Under the pieces are notes generated by a model, which was not told where the DNA came from, did no database searches, and saw only the letters and a list, made by a program, of their open reading frames with translations. Both the position numbers and the translations under genes were made by a program. DNA of 52,550 nucleotides from Gammaproteobacteria bacterium (lineage in GTDB: Bacteria; Pseudomonadota; Gammaproteobacteria; Tenderiales; Tenderiaceae), in NCBI GenBank assembly GCA_024277755.1, contig JAJRUN010000082.1:1-52550 (forward strand), read 5' to 3'. Below, piece by piece: positions 38,912 through 48,666 of the stretch (within the stretch, counting starts at the first letter, position 1; every line of letters begins with the position of its first letter).

Positions 38912-41900
38912 CTAAAACCCGTCTATCACCTGCAACAGTCTGTCCACGTCAATGGGCTTGGTTATGTAATCATCAAACCCCTCTTTAAAACCTTTTTCTA
39001 TGTCTTTTGGCATGGCGTTAGCACTCACGGCGATCACAGGGGTTTTTCGGGTGGCCGCATCCTGACGCAATAATTTAAGTGCATCTATACCGCTCATTCC
39101 CGGCAAATTAATATCCATAAGAATCAAGTCAGGCTGATGCTGTTTCGCCAGCGCCAATCCCAGAATCGCCTCTGGCGCGCTTAATAATCGAATATTTGGC
39201 TTCAAGGCCAGTATCTGTGCTACCAGCCGCATATTGGCTGGATTGTCTTCAATATAGAGTACGGTGTGTTTATCTTTCACCACATTCATAATCAATGATT
39301 GGCGTATATCCTGCTGCTTGCCATCATCTGATTCCTGCACTTCAGACTGATACGTTGCCAGTTTTGCCCGTGGTATTTCAACCCAAAAATTACTACCTTC
39401 ACCAACAACACTATTAAACCCTATTTCTCCGCCCATCATTTCAACGATATTTTTGGTAATCACCAAACCAATACCTGTACCCTCGATATTGCTTTGCTCA
39501 GCACCAAGCCGGTTAAATACTGTAAATAATTGCGGTTGCAGTTCAATTGGAATCCCTGGCCCTGTATCAGAAACACCTAAGCGTATTTTGTCATCATCGA
39601 CAACATTACAATATATTTGCATACGGCCATTTTTGCTGTTGTACTTCACCGCATTACTAAACAGGTTAAGCAACACTTGCTTAAGCTTGGTTCTATCTGC
39701 CATGACAGCCAAGCCATTTGAACAATATTCAAGTGTTTGGCGCTTTCCATTACAGAAAAAACATATGTCAATGCCGCGTTTATGTGCCATTTGCTTTGTT
39801 AGGGCCAGGCAATCATTAAGTAACTCGGGCACGAAAACAGGTTCGATTGAAATCGTTATGCCTCCGGCCTCTACCTTGCTCAGGTCCAACACCTCGTTGA
39901 TAAGCTCAAGTAAGTGATTGCTTGCCTTGAGTATCTCGTTGACATTATCCATTTGCATGTCGGTTAAGCTTTCGCCAGGCGTCATCTGTAATAACTGGCC
40001 AAAACCAATAATGGCATTCATTGGCGTACGCAACTCGTGGCTCATCCTGGATAAAAACTGTGATTTACTTCGATTGGCATTCTCAGCATCTTCCTTGGCC
40101 TGCACCAGTGCCTGACGCACCTGCTTGTCTGAGCTAATATCACGCACAACATAAACAAGCCCACCATCAGCCAAAGCGGACAACGACAAGCTTTGCGGAA
40201 ATTGAGTCCCATCCTGTTTCACACCAACAGTCTCACCACGCCAGAATCCTTCCATTTCAAAATAAGGCATGATCTCTTGATTAAATTTTTGTAGCTCTAT
40301 TTCAGGATACAAGCTCTGCCATTGCCTGCCTATCAATTCATCGGGCACACCAAAACCATAAATATGTGCGTAGGCCGGGTTAAGATAAACATACTCACCT
40401 TCACTATTTAGAATGGCGATACCATCAACTGAACCATCCATAGCAGCCCGGTTTCTTTGCAGATCAAACTGTGCATTTTTAACCTGGGTAACATTCTGAA
40501 CCACTCCCAGCATATGCAAGGCCTGTCCATCAGGACTGCGAACCACATCCCCTCGTTCAAGCAGCCAATGTACTTCGCCGTTATCCCAAACCACTCTGTG
40601 CTCAATTTCGTAATCTACCCCCAGATCAATACAAGCTGTTACGGCATCAATGACCTTTTGTCTGTCATCCGGGTGAATCGCAGCAATAAAGTTTTCATAC
40701 GTTGTTTCGGGTATCGAATCACGATAGCCAAACAATGGCGCAATACGCTCAGACCAATACAGTTCGCCAGTTTTAATATTCCAGTCCCAGGTACCAATAT
40801 TGGCAAAGGTCTGACTGCGCTTTAGTCGCTCTTCACTTGCCCGCAACGCGGTAATATCAGTTCGAGCAGACACATACTGATAGGGTTTTCCTTGCTCATC
40901 CAGAATTGGGACAATAGTTGATTCAACCCAATATTCATCACCATCCTTATTGTAGTTACAAATTACCCCGTGCCAGGCAAGGCCACTGCTAATGGTGTGC
41001 CACAAATCTTTATAAAATGATTCCGGGTGATGTTTTGACTTAAGAACACGGTGGTTTTGGCCCAGTAATTCTGCACGGCTATAACCACTGATCTCACAAA
41101 ATTTATCATTGGCGTAGGTAATATTGCCTGCAACATCAGCAATACTGACAATGGCATGTTGACCAAGAATAATATTGCTATATTCAGTTTTACGCAGGCT
41201 GCGCTTAAGATCACGGTTGAGACGGGTCATCCAGCGCGCGCGTCTAGCCCTGGCAGTAACAGCAGAAACAAGATGGCCAGGGGCAACCGGCTTCGTCAAA
41301 AAGTCATCTCCACCAAGATTCATGGCGTTCAACTGTCGGCTCAGATCAGACTCTGTGGACAAAAACATAATCGGCATCTGAGCCCAGTTATCATCCTGAC
41401 GTATCACCTGCGCCAGCTCAGGACCGCTACAACCGGGCATGTAAACATCCATTAATACCAAATCGGGCTGATATTCCTCCAATACGGTAAGCCCCTCCAG
41501 AGGCTTGTTTAAGGTTCTGACATCCATGCCCGCCTGCTGAAGGATGGTGGCGTAATATTCCAGCAGTTGCTCATCATCATCAATCACAAGAATGTGATAT
41601 GGGCTGGTTTGTATTTGTCGCGTCAGGCCATTAAGCGTTTGAGTTAATGCCACTAGATCAAGTGGTTTACTGAAATAACGAACAGCCCCGGCACGGGCTG
41701 CGGCAAGACGAGCCTCAATATCAGAGCGCACAGAGATAAAGATTACTGGCGGACAAACAGGAAAACGCAGTTTCAGGGCTTCAATCGCTTCAGCTCCGGC
41801 AATGTCACCCTCTGTCAGCACCATGTCCATAACAATTGCGCCAGGCAACTGCTCTTCACACGCGGCTTCAAAATCGGCCAGGCGCGTAAAACAACATAAT

Positions 41901-42394
41901 TGAAAATCATTATGTTCGAGGCAAGCCCTGATCCTGTCAGCTTGCAACACATCATCTTCCAGCAAATAAACCAGATCACTGGTCTCGATATCAGGTTTTG
42001 GCTCAATTTCAGGCGCAAGATAAAAATTTTTGCCAGGATGCCACTGCTGCACAGCCTTACACACCTTAACTAATGCCTTATCAATAACATTAATCAATGC
42101 CGCATCAATCCCAGCAGGCAGCCCATCACCCAAGCCAAGTAAAGGTTTCAGTTCAACTTCCAGCTCACGGGCAGCAGCGCCAACCATGATTGCCCCAAAG
42201 GTGCCTGCTGTGCCGGCCAAACTATGTGCCATACGGTGAAAATCCGAGATTGCTATGTATCCGGTATCACCTTGACGCAATAATAACCATTGCCCTTCAA
42301 GTTGACATAGCCTGTCCGGCAGCTGCTCATAAAACAGCTGTTGCAGCTTTGCCAGCTTTTCCAAGGCTGAACTTTTATCTGATGGTTCCCCCAC
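38912..42394 (-). CDS. Cytoplasmic hybrid kinase (Hpt, REC, REC, 3xPAS, HisKA, HATPase, REC)
   Basis: Hpt HSLAGTAGTFG, two N-terminal RECs, three PAS domains, SHELRTPM, NAVKY, GTGIGL, C-terminal REC. Confidence 0.92.
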   Translation of the reverse strand: MGEPSDKSSALEKLAKLQQLFYEQLPDRLCQLEGQWLLLRQGDTGYIAISDFHRMAHSLAGTAGTFGAIMVGAAARELEVELKPLLGLGDGLPAGIDAALINVIDKALVKVCKAVQQWHPGKNFYLAPEIEPKPDIETSDLVYLLEDDVLQADRIRACLEHNDFQLCCFTRLADFEAACEEQLPGAIVMDMVLTEGDIAGAEAIEALKLRFPVCPPVIFISVRSDIEARLAAARAGAVRYFSKPLDLVALTQTLNGLTRQIQTSPYHILVIDDDEQLLEYYATILQQAGMDVRTLNKPLEGLTVLEEYQPDLVLMDVYMPGCSGPELAQVIRQDDNWAQMPIMFLSTESDLSRQLNAMNLGGDDFLTKPVAPGHLVSAVTARARRARWMTRLNRDLKRSLRKTEYSNIILGQHAIVSIADVAGNITYANDKFCEISGYSRAELLGQNHRVLKSKHHPESFYKDLWHTISSGLAWHGVICNYNKDGDEYWVESTIVPILDEQGKPYQYVSARTDITALRASEERLKRSQTFANIGTWDWNIKTGELYWSERIAPLFGYRDSIPETTYENFIAAIHPDDRQKVIDAVTACIDLGVDYEIEHRVVWDNGEVHWLLERGDVVRSPDGQALHMLGVVQNVTQVKNAQFDLQRNRAAMDGSVDGIAILNSEGEYVYLNPAYAHIYGFGVPDELIGRQWQSLYPEIELQKFNQEIMPYFEMEGFWRGETVGVKQDGTQFPQSLSLSALADGGLVYVVRDISSDKQVRQALVQAKEDAENANRSKSQFLSRMSHELRTPMNAIIGFGQLLQMTPGESLTDMQMDNVNEILKASNHLLELINEVLDLSKVEAGGITISIEPVFVPELLNDCLALTKQMAHKRGIDICFFCNGKRQTLEYCSNGLAVMADRTKLKQVLLNLFSNAVKYNSKNGRMQIYCNVVDDDKIRLGVSDTGPGIPIELQPQLFTVFNRLGAEQSNIEGTGIGLVITKNIVEMMGGEIGFNSVVGEGSNFWVEIPRAKLATYQSEVQESDDGKQQDIRQSLIMNVVKDKHTVLYIEDNPANMRLVAQILALKPNIRLLSAPEAILGLALAKQHQPDLILMDINLPGMSGIDALKLLRQDAATRKTPVIAVSANAMPKDIEKGFKEGFDDYITKPIDVDRLLQVIDGF

Positions 42395-42718
42395 ACATCA
42401 CCCCGATTGTCATGCTGCCATTCGAAATGTTACCAGACCACTCAAACATCACCGGATGACACAAGCCTTTATCTTAAAATAATCAGTAACTTACCTATAT
42501 TTACCACGAAAACAAAGGCGATTAATGTTTTACAATCAACAATTTCTACATCGACACAACTGACAACATCATTAGCCAGGCAAATGCCAAGCCGGCAATT
42601 AAGGGTTAAAGGCAAAAAAACAGAAATAAAAAAGCTTTTGGCGGGGATTTACACACAGCCGCTTCCGTTGGTTTATTTTCATTTTCCTGTCAATAGGAAG
42701 CGTACTGTATAAATTTTT

Positions 42719-45367
42719 TTATAGCCGTGCAGATAACAGCATTTTCAACTCAGGCACACATGAACCACAATTGGTTCCGGCCTTTAGTGCCAGTCCAATC
42801 TCTTCTGCTGTTTGCAGGTTCTGGTCTTTGATTGCCGCCGAAAGAGTGTTGATACCCACCGAGAAACAAGCACAGACAATCCGTCCCACATCCTGCTGAC
42901 CTGCCGGTGGTTTGCCGAGCAGCAAACCTTTGCGTTCATCTGCAACCAGGGCGTCTTTAGCAAACAAGCCCGCCAACCAGCTACGCGACGGTAGCTCATG
43001 GTTTGGGGCGATAAAGATACAACTCTCCACCCTGCTTTCAACCATGCGCACCCCTCGATAACGATGTGCCCGGGCATCAAGATACTCAACCCAGTTGACA
43101 TCACTGCCTGACGCACACAACATACCCCTGGCCCAGGCAGGCCAATCCAATTCGGTCTGCTCACCGGCAAACTCATAACGATAAAAACCATCGCCTGTGG
43201 CTCGTGACCAATAACTGACACCGGCCATATCAAGACGCCGCCGGGTTAACAAAAAACCATGCCAGGCAGGTTGATACAGCGCAACACGCACAGGTGTCTG
43301 CTTAAGTTCCGGCTGACCAGAAACGGGATCAACCACCGGATTCACAATGGCTGAGACACGCGCATGACTGGCAAACTGATCATTCCAGTGCATGGGAATA
43401 AAAACACTGCCGCGCTGCTGGTCTTCACTCACGCGAACACGCACAATCACCTCACCCCACTGGCTAAACACCCGTGCCAGCACGCCTTCTTTTAGATTGG
43501 CATCCTTGGCATCATCAGGATGTATTTCGATATAAGATTCCGGGCTGTGCTCGCTCAACCGCGCCGCCTTGCCGGTACGGGTCATGGTATGCCATTGATC
43601 GCGCACCCGGCCGGTATTGAGGGTAAAAGGAAAATCATCTGTTGTTGAATTCTGCGGCAAACGCGGCTTTATTGGCAGCAATTGTGCCTTGCCACTGGCA
43701 GTAAAATAACGGCCATCGCTAAACATCCGTGGCATGCCCTTACCATTAACTACCGGCCATTGAATTGGTTTAAACCCATCATAATCAGCATTGCTGACAC
43801 TGCTCAGCTCAGCGATATCAAAATCACGCTGGCCATTATTTTTATGGCCGGACAAGGCCGCATGTTCACGAAACACATCGGCAGATGAATCATAAGAAAA
43901 GCCATCCGAATAGCCCATCCGTTTTGCCACTTCAGCCACAATCCACCAATCAGCTTTGGCCTCACCCGGTGCTGGCAAAAATGCCTTTTGACGCGAGATA
44001 CGCCGTTCGGAATTGGTGACCGTGCCATCCTTCTCGCCCCAGGCCAATGCAGGCAGCAATACGTCCGCCAGCACAGTGGTATCCGTTTCAGCCATAACAT
44101 CCGACACTACTACCAGCTCGCATTTCTGCAACGCAGCTTTAACACGATCTGCATCCGGCAGACTTACCACCGGATTGGTAGCCAAAATCCATACCGCCTT
44201 TACCTTGCCCTCATCAATCGCATTAAACAGATCAACCGCCTTCAGGCCTTGATGATCGGCAATCACAGGCGATTGCCAAAAACCCTGCACCAGCTTGCGG
44301 TGATCGGCATTATCAATATCCATGTGTGCCGCCAGCATGTTCGCCAGCCCACCCACCTCACGGCCTCCCATGGCATTAGGCTGACCTGTAAACGAAAACG
44401 GTCCCATACCGGTACGACCAATACGGCCACTGAGTAAATGACAATTAATGATGGCATTCACCTTGTCCGTGCCGCTGGATGACTGATTAACACCCTGTGA
44501 ATAAACCGTAATTACCCGCTCGGTACGAACAAACAAGCGGAAAAATTCCATCACGTCCGCCAGTGGCAAGCCACATTGCCCGGCCACACTTTCCACCGTC
44601 GGCGCACTGGTTTTTGCCTGCGCCAGAGCCTCGGCATGACCCTCGGTATAATTGCTGACAAACAGCTCATTGGTTTCGCCTGCTTCATCCAGGTGTGCCA
44701 ACAAGCCGTTAAACAAAATGGCATCCGTTCCCGGCCTGAGTGACAGGTGCATATCGGCAATGTCGCAGGTAGCCGTCTTACGGGGATCAATGACGATCAC
44801 CTGCAAATCAGAATGATCTTTCTTGGCCTGAACAATACGTTGATACAAAACTGGATGACACCAGGCGGCATTCGAACCCGCTAGCACAATCAGCTTGGCC
44901 CGTTCCAGATCTTCATAACAACAAGGCACGGTATCCGAACCAAAAGCGCGCTTATGCCCCGCCACCGACGATGACATGCACAGACGCGAATTGGTATCGA
45001 TATTGGCCGTACCGATGTAGCCCTTCATCAGTTTATTGGCAACATAATAATCTTCCGTCAGCAACTGACCGGAAACATACATGGCCACTGAATCAGGACC
45101 ATGCGCTTTAACGATGCGACTAAAACCATCAGCCACCTTGCTTAAAGCCGTTTCCCAATCACTACGCAGGCCATCCACCTTGGGATAAAGCAGGCGTTGA
45201 TCAAGATCAAGCGTCTGGCCCAGAGCTGACCCTTTGGAACAGAGCCGGCCATAATTAGAGGGATGCTGCGTATCACCGCCAATATCAACACCATCATCGG
45301 TGACAGTCGCCAGCACTCCACAGCCAACGCCACAGTAAGGACAGGTTGTTTGAGTTGTTTCAATCAT
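42719..45367 (-). CDS. nasA: Assimilatory nitrate reductase catalytic subunit
   Basis: TCPYCGVGCG, SGQLLTEDYY, NSRLCMSS, TGQPNAMGGRE, NTGRVRDQWHTMTRT, C-terminal CACF...CGSC. Confidence 0.95.
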   Translation of the reverse strand: MIETTQTTCPYCGVGCGVLATVTDDGVDIGGDTQHPSNYGRLCSKGSALGQTLDLDQRLLYPKVDGLRSDWETALSKVADGFSRIVKAHGPDSVAMYVSGQLLTEDYYVANKLMKGYIGTANIDTNSRLCMSSSVAGHKRAFGSDTVPCCYEDLERAKLIVLAGSNAAWCHPVLYQRIVQAKKDHSDLQVIVIDPRKTATCDIADMHLSLRPGTDAILFNGLLAHLDEAGETNELFVSNYTEGHAEALAQAKTSAPTVESVAGQCGLPLADVMEFFRLFVRTERVITVYSQGVNQSSSGTDKVNAIINCHLLSGRIGRTGMGPFSFTGQPNAMGGREVGGLANMLAAHMDIDNADHRKLVQGFWQSPVIADHQGLKAVDLFNAIDEGKVKAVWILATNPVVSLPDADRVKAALQKCELVVVSDVMAETDTTVLADVLLPALAWGEKDGTVTNSERRISRQKAFLPAPGEAKADWWIVAEVAKRMGYSDGFSYDSSADVFREHAALSGHKNNGQRDFDIAELSSVSNADYDGFKPIQWPVVNGKGMPRMFSDGRYFTASGKAQLLPIKPRLPQNSTTDDFPFTLNTGRVRDQWHTMTRTGKAARLSEHSPESYIEIHPDDAKDANLKEGVLARVFSQWGEVIVRVRVSEDQQRGSVFIPMHWNDQFASHARVSAIVNPVVDPVSGQPELKQTPVRVALYQPAWHGFLLTRRRLDMAGVSYWSRATGDGFYRYEFAGEQTELDWPAWARGMLCASGSDVNWVEYLDARAHRYRGVRMVESRVESCIFIAPNHELPSRSWLAGLFAKDALVADERKGLLLGKPPAGQQDVGRIVCACFSVGINTLSAAIKDQNLQTAEEIGLALKAGTNCGSCVPELKMLLSARL

Positions 45368-45370
45368 TTT

Positions 45371-45679
45371 CTACAACGCCAAATAAACCACCCCGGCCTC
45401 AACCTTGGTCTCATACTTACCAGTGCATCCTTCATCCGGTTCCTGAGCTTCACCACTGGCCAGGTCAATTTTCCAGTTATGCAAAGGGCAAGTGACGGTA
45501 TGACCATGCACAATACCCTGCGACAATGGCCCCTGTTTATGCGGGCACGAATCGCGCAAAGCAAAGACATGATCATCAGCTGCGCGAAACACTGCGATAT
45601 CACCCTTGGCCGTTTCGACCACGCGTGAACCCAGTTTTGGAATCTCTTCCACAGCACCAATTTCTATCCAGTTACTCAT
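45371..45679 (-). CDS. nirD: Nitrite reductase small (Rieske) subunit
   Basis: CPHKQGPLSQG and CPLHNW; between nirB and nasA. Confidence 0.94.
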   Translation of the reverse strand: MSNWIEIGAVEEIPKLGSRVVETAKGDIAVFRAADDHVFALRDSCPHKQGPLSQGIVHGHTVTCPLHNWKIDLASGEAQEPDEGCTGKYETKVEAGVVYLAL

Positions 45680-45739
45680 CTACATCAACCTCTTTAATCT
45701 GCAACGTCATTACGGCAAAGACCGGAATGAAAAATCTTG

Positions 45740-48175
45740 TTAGCCAATTTTCTTGATCGGAATATAGACCTTGCGTGTTTCCGCATCCGCAACTTCCCTG
45801 GCCCACGGATCAAACTTGAATACATCCTGTGAATCAAGAAAACGTTGATTCAAGACTTTGCGTCCAACCTCGTCTTCAACTACTTTTTCTTTTACATAGC
45901 TCAGACCAACACGCTCGATCCATGGTGCAGTACGCTCAAGGTAGTGCGCCTCTTCTCTGTAGATCTGCATAAAGGCACCACAGTATTCCATGGCCTCTTC
46001 TTCAGTTGCCACACGCGCCAGCAGATCAGTCGCCTTGACATGAATTCCGCCATTCCCCCCCACATGCAGCTCATAACCGGAATCAACACAGACCACACCA
46101 AAGTCTTTAATAGTGGCTTCGGCACAGTTACGCGGACAACCTGACACAGCAATCTTGAACTTGTGCGGTGTTTGCGAACCCCAGGTCATCTCTTCGATCT
46201 TGATCCCCAAACCGGTGGAATCCTGCGTACCAAAGCGGCACCACTCTTCACCGACACAGGTTTTCACCGTACGCAAAGATTTGCCATAGGCATGACCCGA
46301 GACCATACCGGCCTTATTCAGATCACTCCAAATCTCTGGTAAGTCTTCTTTCTTAATACCGAACAAATCGATACGCTGACCACCCGTCACCTTAACCATC
46401 TTGGCATCGAATTTTTCTGCGGCATCGGCAATGGCACGCAACTCATTCGGTGTTGTCACCCCGCCCCACATACGCGGCACCACTGAATAAGTACCATCTT
46501 TCTGAATATTGGCGTGAACACGCTCATTGATGAAGCGCGACTGCGGATCATCCACCGACTCATTCGGCCAGGCCGCCAACACATAAAAGTTCAGTGCCGG
46601 ACGACATGAAGCACAACCATCTGGCGTCTTCCATTCCAGGAATTCGTGTACCGCAGGAATCGAGGTCAGCTCATTGTGTTTGATGGCATGACGCACTTCA
46701 TCGTGGGTGTGTTCTGTGCAACCACACATGGCCTTTTTCTTCGGCGTGTCGGAATAATCACCCACGGTTGAAGCCAGAATCTGCTCCACAAGACCGGTAC
46801 AAGAACCACACGAGGCCGCAGCCTTGGTGTGCGCCTTCACCTCTTCCAGGGTAAACAGACCTTTATCAGTAATGGCATTGACGATATCGCCCTTACAAAC
46901 GCCGTTACAACCACACACTTCCATGTCATCACTCATGGCCGAGGCGGCATTCTCACCACCATGGCCCGCATCACCCAAATGGGCCTGCCCAAACATCAGG
47001 TGATCACGAATATCCGAAACATCTGTGCCGTCACGCAGCATCTGGAAATACCAGGCACCATCCACCGTGTCACCATACATCACCGCGCCGTGGATTTTAT
47101 TGTCTTTCAGTACGACTTTTTTATACACACCATTGGCAACATCTTTCATGATGATGTCTTCGGTAGTGTCATCTCCGGTAAAATCACCGGCCGAAAACAG
47201 ATCAATGCCAGTCACCTTCAACTTGGTAGACGTCACCGACCCTTCATAACGACCAATACCGAATTTTGCCAAATGGTTAGCACAGACCTTGCCCTGTTCA
47301 AACAACGGCGCCACCAGACCATAGGTTTCACCACGATGCTGCACACACTCACCAACAGAATAGATCTTTGGGTCAAAGGTCTGCATGGTATCGTTCACCA
47401 CAATGCCGCGCTCGCAGTGCAGGCCGATCTTTTCAGCCAATTCGATATTGGGGCGAATACCCGCCGCCATCACCACGATGTCGGCAGAAATTTCCAGGCC
47501 ATCCTTAAAACGCACCGCTTTAACACAGTCATCCCCAAGAATCGCCTCGGTCTGAGTCGCCATCAGGAATTGCAGCCCCTTCTCTTCCAATGACTGCTGC
47601 AACATGCGGCCAGAGACATCATCCATCTGCCGCTCCATCAAGGTGTCAGTCAAATGCACCACCGTCACATCCATGCCCTGGATCTTCAGGCCATTGGCCG
47701 CCTCAAGCCCCAGCAAACCGCCACCAATCACCACCGCGTGGGTTTTGGTTTTGGCAGTACCCAGCATGGTATCGACGTCTTTGATATCACGAAAACCAAT
47801 CACACCCGGCAGCCCATGCCCCGGCACAGGAATAATAAAAGGGTTGGAACCCGTCGCTAATAACAAGCGATCATACGTCTCTTCAGTGCCATCATCAGCA
47901 ATTACCTTGCGGCCCTTGCGATCTACGTCAACAACGGTCTTGCCTACATGCAGCTTGATATTATTTTCTTCATACCAGTCAAGGGTGTTGAGCATGATGT
48001 CATCAATCGTTTTGTCACCCGCCAACACCGGCGACAGTAAAATGCGGTTGTAGTTACCGTAAGGCTCAGCGCCAAACACAGTGATGTCATACATATCCGG
48101 CGCAATCTTCAGCAACTCTTCAATGGTGCGCACACCCGCCATGCCGTTACCGACCAATACCAACTTTTCTTTCAT
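45740..48175 (-). CDS. nirB: NAD(P)H nitrite reductase large subunit
   Basis: VGNGMAG, IGGGLLGLEAA, two BFD-like Cys clusters, CVGEEWC and GCPRNC. GGAG RBS supports ATG 48175. Confidence 0.96.
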   Translation of the reverse strand: MKEKLVLVGNGMAGVRTIEELLKIAPDMYDITVFGAEPYGNYNRILLSPVLAGDKTIDDIMLNTLDWYEENNIKLHVGKTVVDVDRKGRKVIADDGTEETYDRLLLATGSNPFIIPVPGHGLPGVIGFRDIKDVDTMLGTAKTKTHAVVIGGGLLGLEAANGLKIQGMDVTVVHLTDTLMERQMDDVSGRMLQQSLEEKGLQFLMATQTEAILGDDCVKAVRFKDGLEISADIVVMAAGIRPNIELAEKIGLHCERGIVVNDTMQTFDPKIYSVGECVQHRGETYGLVAPLFEQGKVCANHLAKFGIGRYEGSVTSTKLKVTGIDLFSAGDFTGDDTTEDIIMKDVANGVYKKVVLKDNKIHGAVMYGDTVDGAWYFQMLRDGTDVSDIRDHLMFGQAHLGDAGHGGENAASAMSDDMEVCGCNGVCKGDIVNAITDKGLFTLEEVKAHTKAAASCGSCTGLVEQILASTVGDYSDTPKKKAMCGCTEHTHDEVRHAIKHNELTSIPAVHEFLEWKTPDGCASCRPALNFYVLAAWPNESVDDPQSRFINERVHANIQKDGTYSVVPRMWGGVTTPNELRAIADAAEKFDAKMVKVTGGQRIDLFGIKKEDLPEIWSDLNKAGMVSGHAYGKSLRTVKTCVGEEWCRFGTQDSTGLGIKIEEMTWGSQTPHKFKIAVSGCPRNCAEATIKDFGVVCVDSGYELHVGGNGGIHVKATDLLARVATEEEAMEYCGAFMQIYREEAHYLERTAPWIERVGLSYVKEKVVEDEVGRKVLNQRFLDSQDVFKFDPWAREVADAETRKVYIPIKKIG

Positions 48176-48218
48176 AAACTGCTCCAAATCAAGAAACCTT
48201 CACTATTGATAGAGCTAG

Positions 48219-48358
48219 AGCAAAGGCTGTGCCAGAAAACGGGGCACAAACATAACCAATTGTTTTACATAAAAAAATACAAAAATTACAGCCCACAAAA
48301 ACAACACGCCCAACCATACTGGCACAATTGTGATGCACCACCGCCCCATTAAAGTGCA
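48219..48358 (-). promoter_or_regulatory. sigma54 promoter with IHF-like site and tandem NtrC-like boxes for nirB-nirD-nasA
   Basis: TGGCAC-AGCCT-TTGCT (48234-48219). IHF-like TAACCAATTGTTT (48253-48265). 17-mers GGCACAATTGTGATGCA (48321-48337) and CGCCCCATTAAAGTGCA (48342-48358). Confidence 0.85.
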
Positions 48359-48666
48359 AACCCAAAACAGCCTAAATACAGACAATCACTGAATTCCTGT
48401 CTATGCGTCTAACCACCCTATTAGAGGGATCTCTGAACAAACACCAGCAAATTTAAGATAGTATTCCAAGCTTATGACCTGTCTGTGAGACGACGCTTTA
48501 CGGCAAACAATGAATAAGAGCAACCGGGCATTTATTCAGGAGCGTTACAACATAGATCCTGGCCGCGATGCAAAAACAGCCTGCCAGTGGCCCGGACCTT
48601 TAATATAAGGATGAAGGCTATCTCGCAGACAGCCCAAAACAGTTATTATAAACCTGCTTGGTATTG

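Noticed and set aside
42407-42712. 101-aa ORF between the kinase and nasA
   Set aside because: TTG start, no RBS, no motifs; more likely the AT-rich promoter region of the signalling operon.
46829-47593. 254-aa plus-strand ORF and similar antisense ORFs over the TBDR, glc, arsM and kinase genes
   Set aside because: Shadows of well-supported genes on the opposite strand, with no motifs or RBS.
48425-48545. MITE or riboswitch between nirB and HPP (CTGAACAAA...TTTATTCAG)
   Set aside because: The inverted match is short and imperfect, with no target duplication and no recognisable riboswitch core. An Rfam/Infernal scan would be needed.
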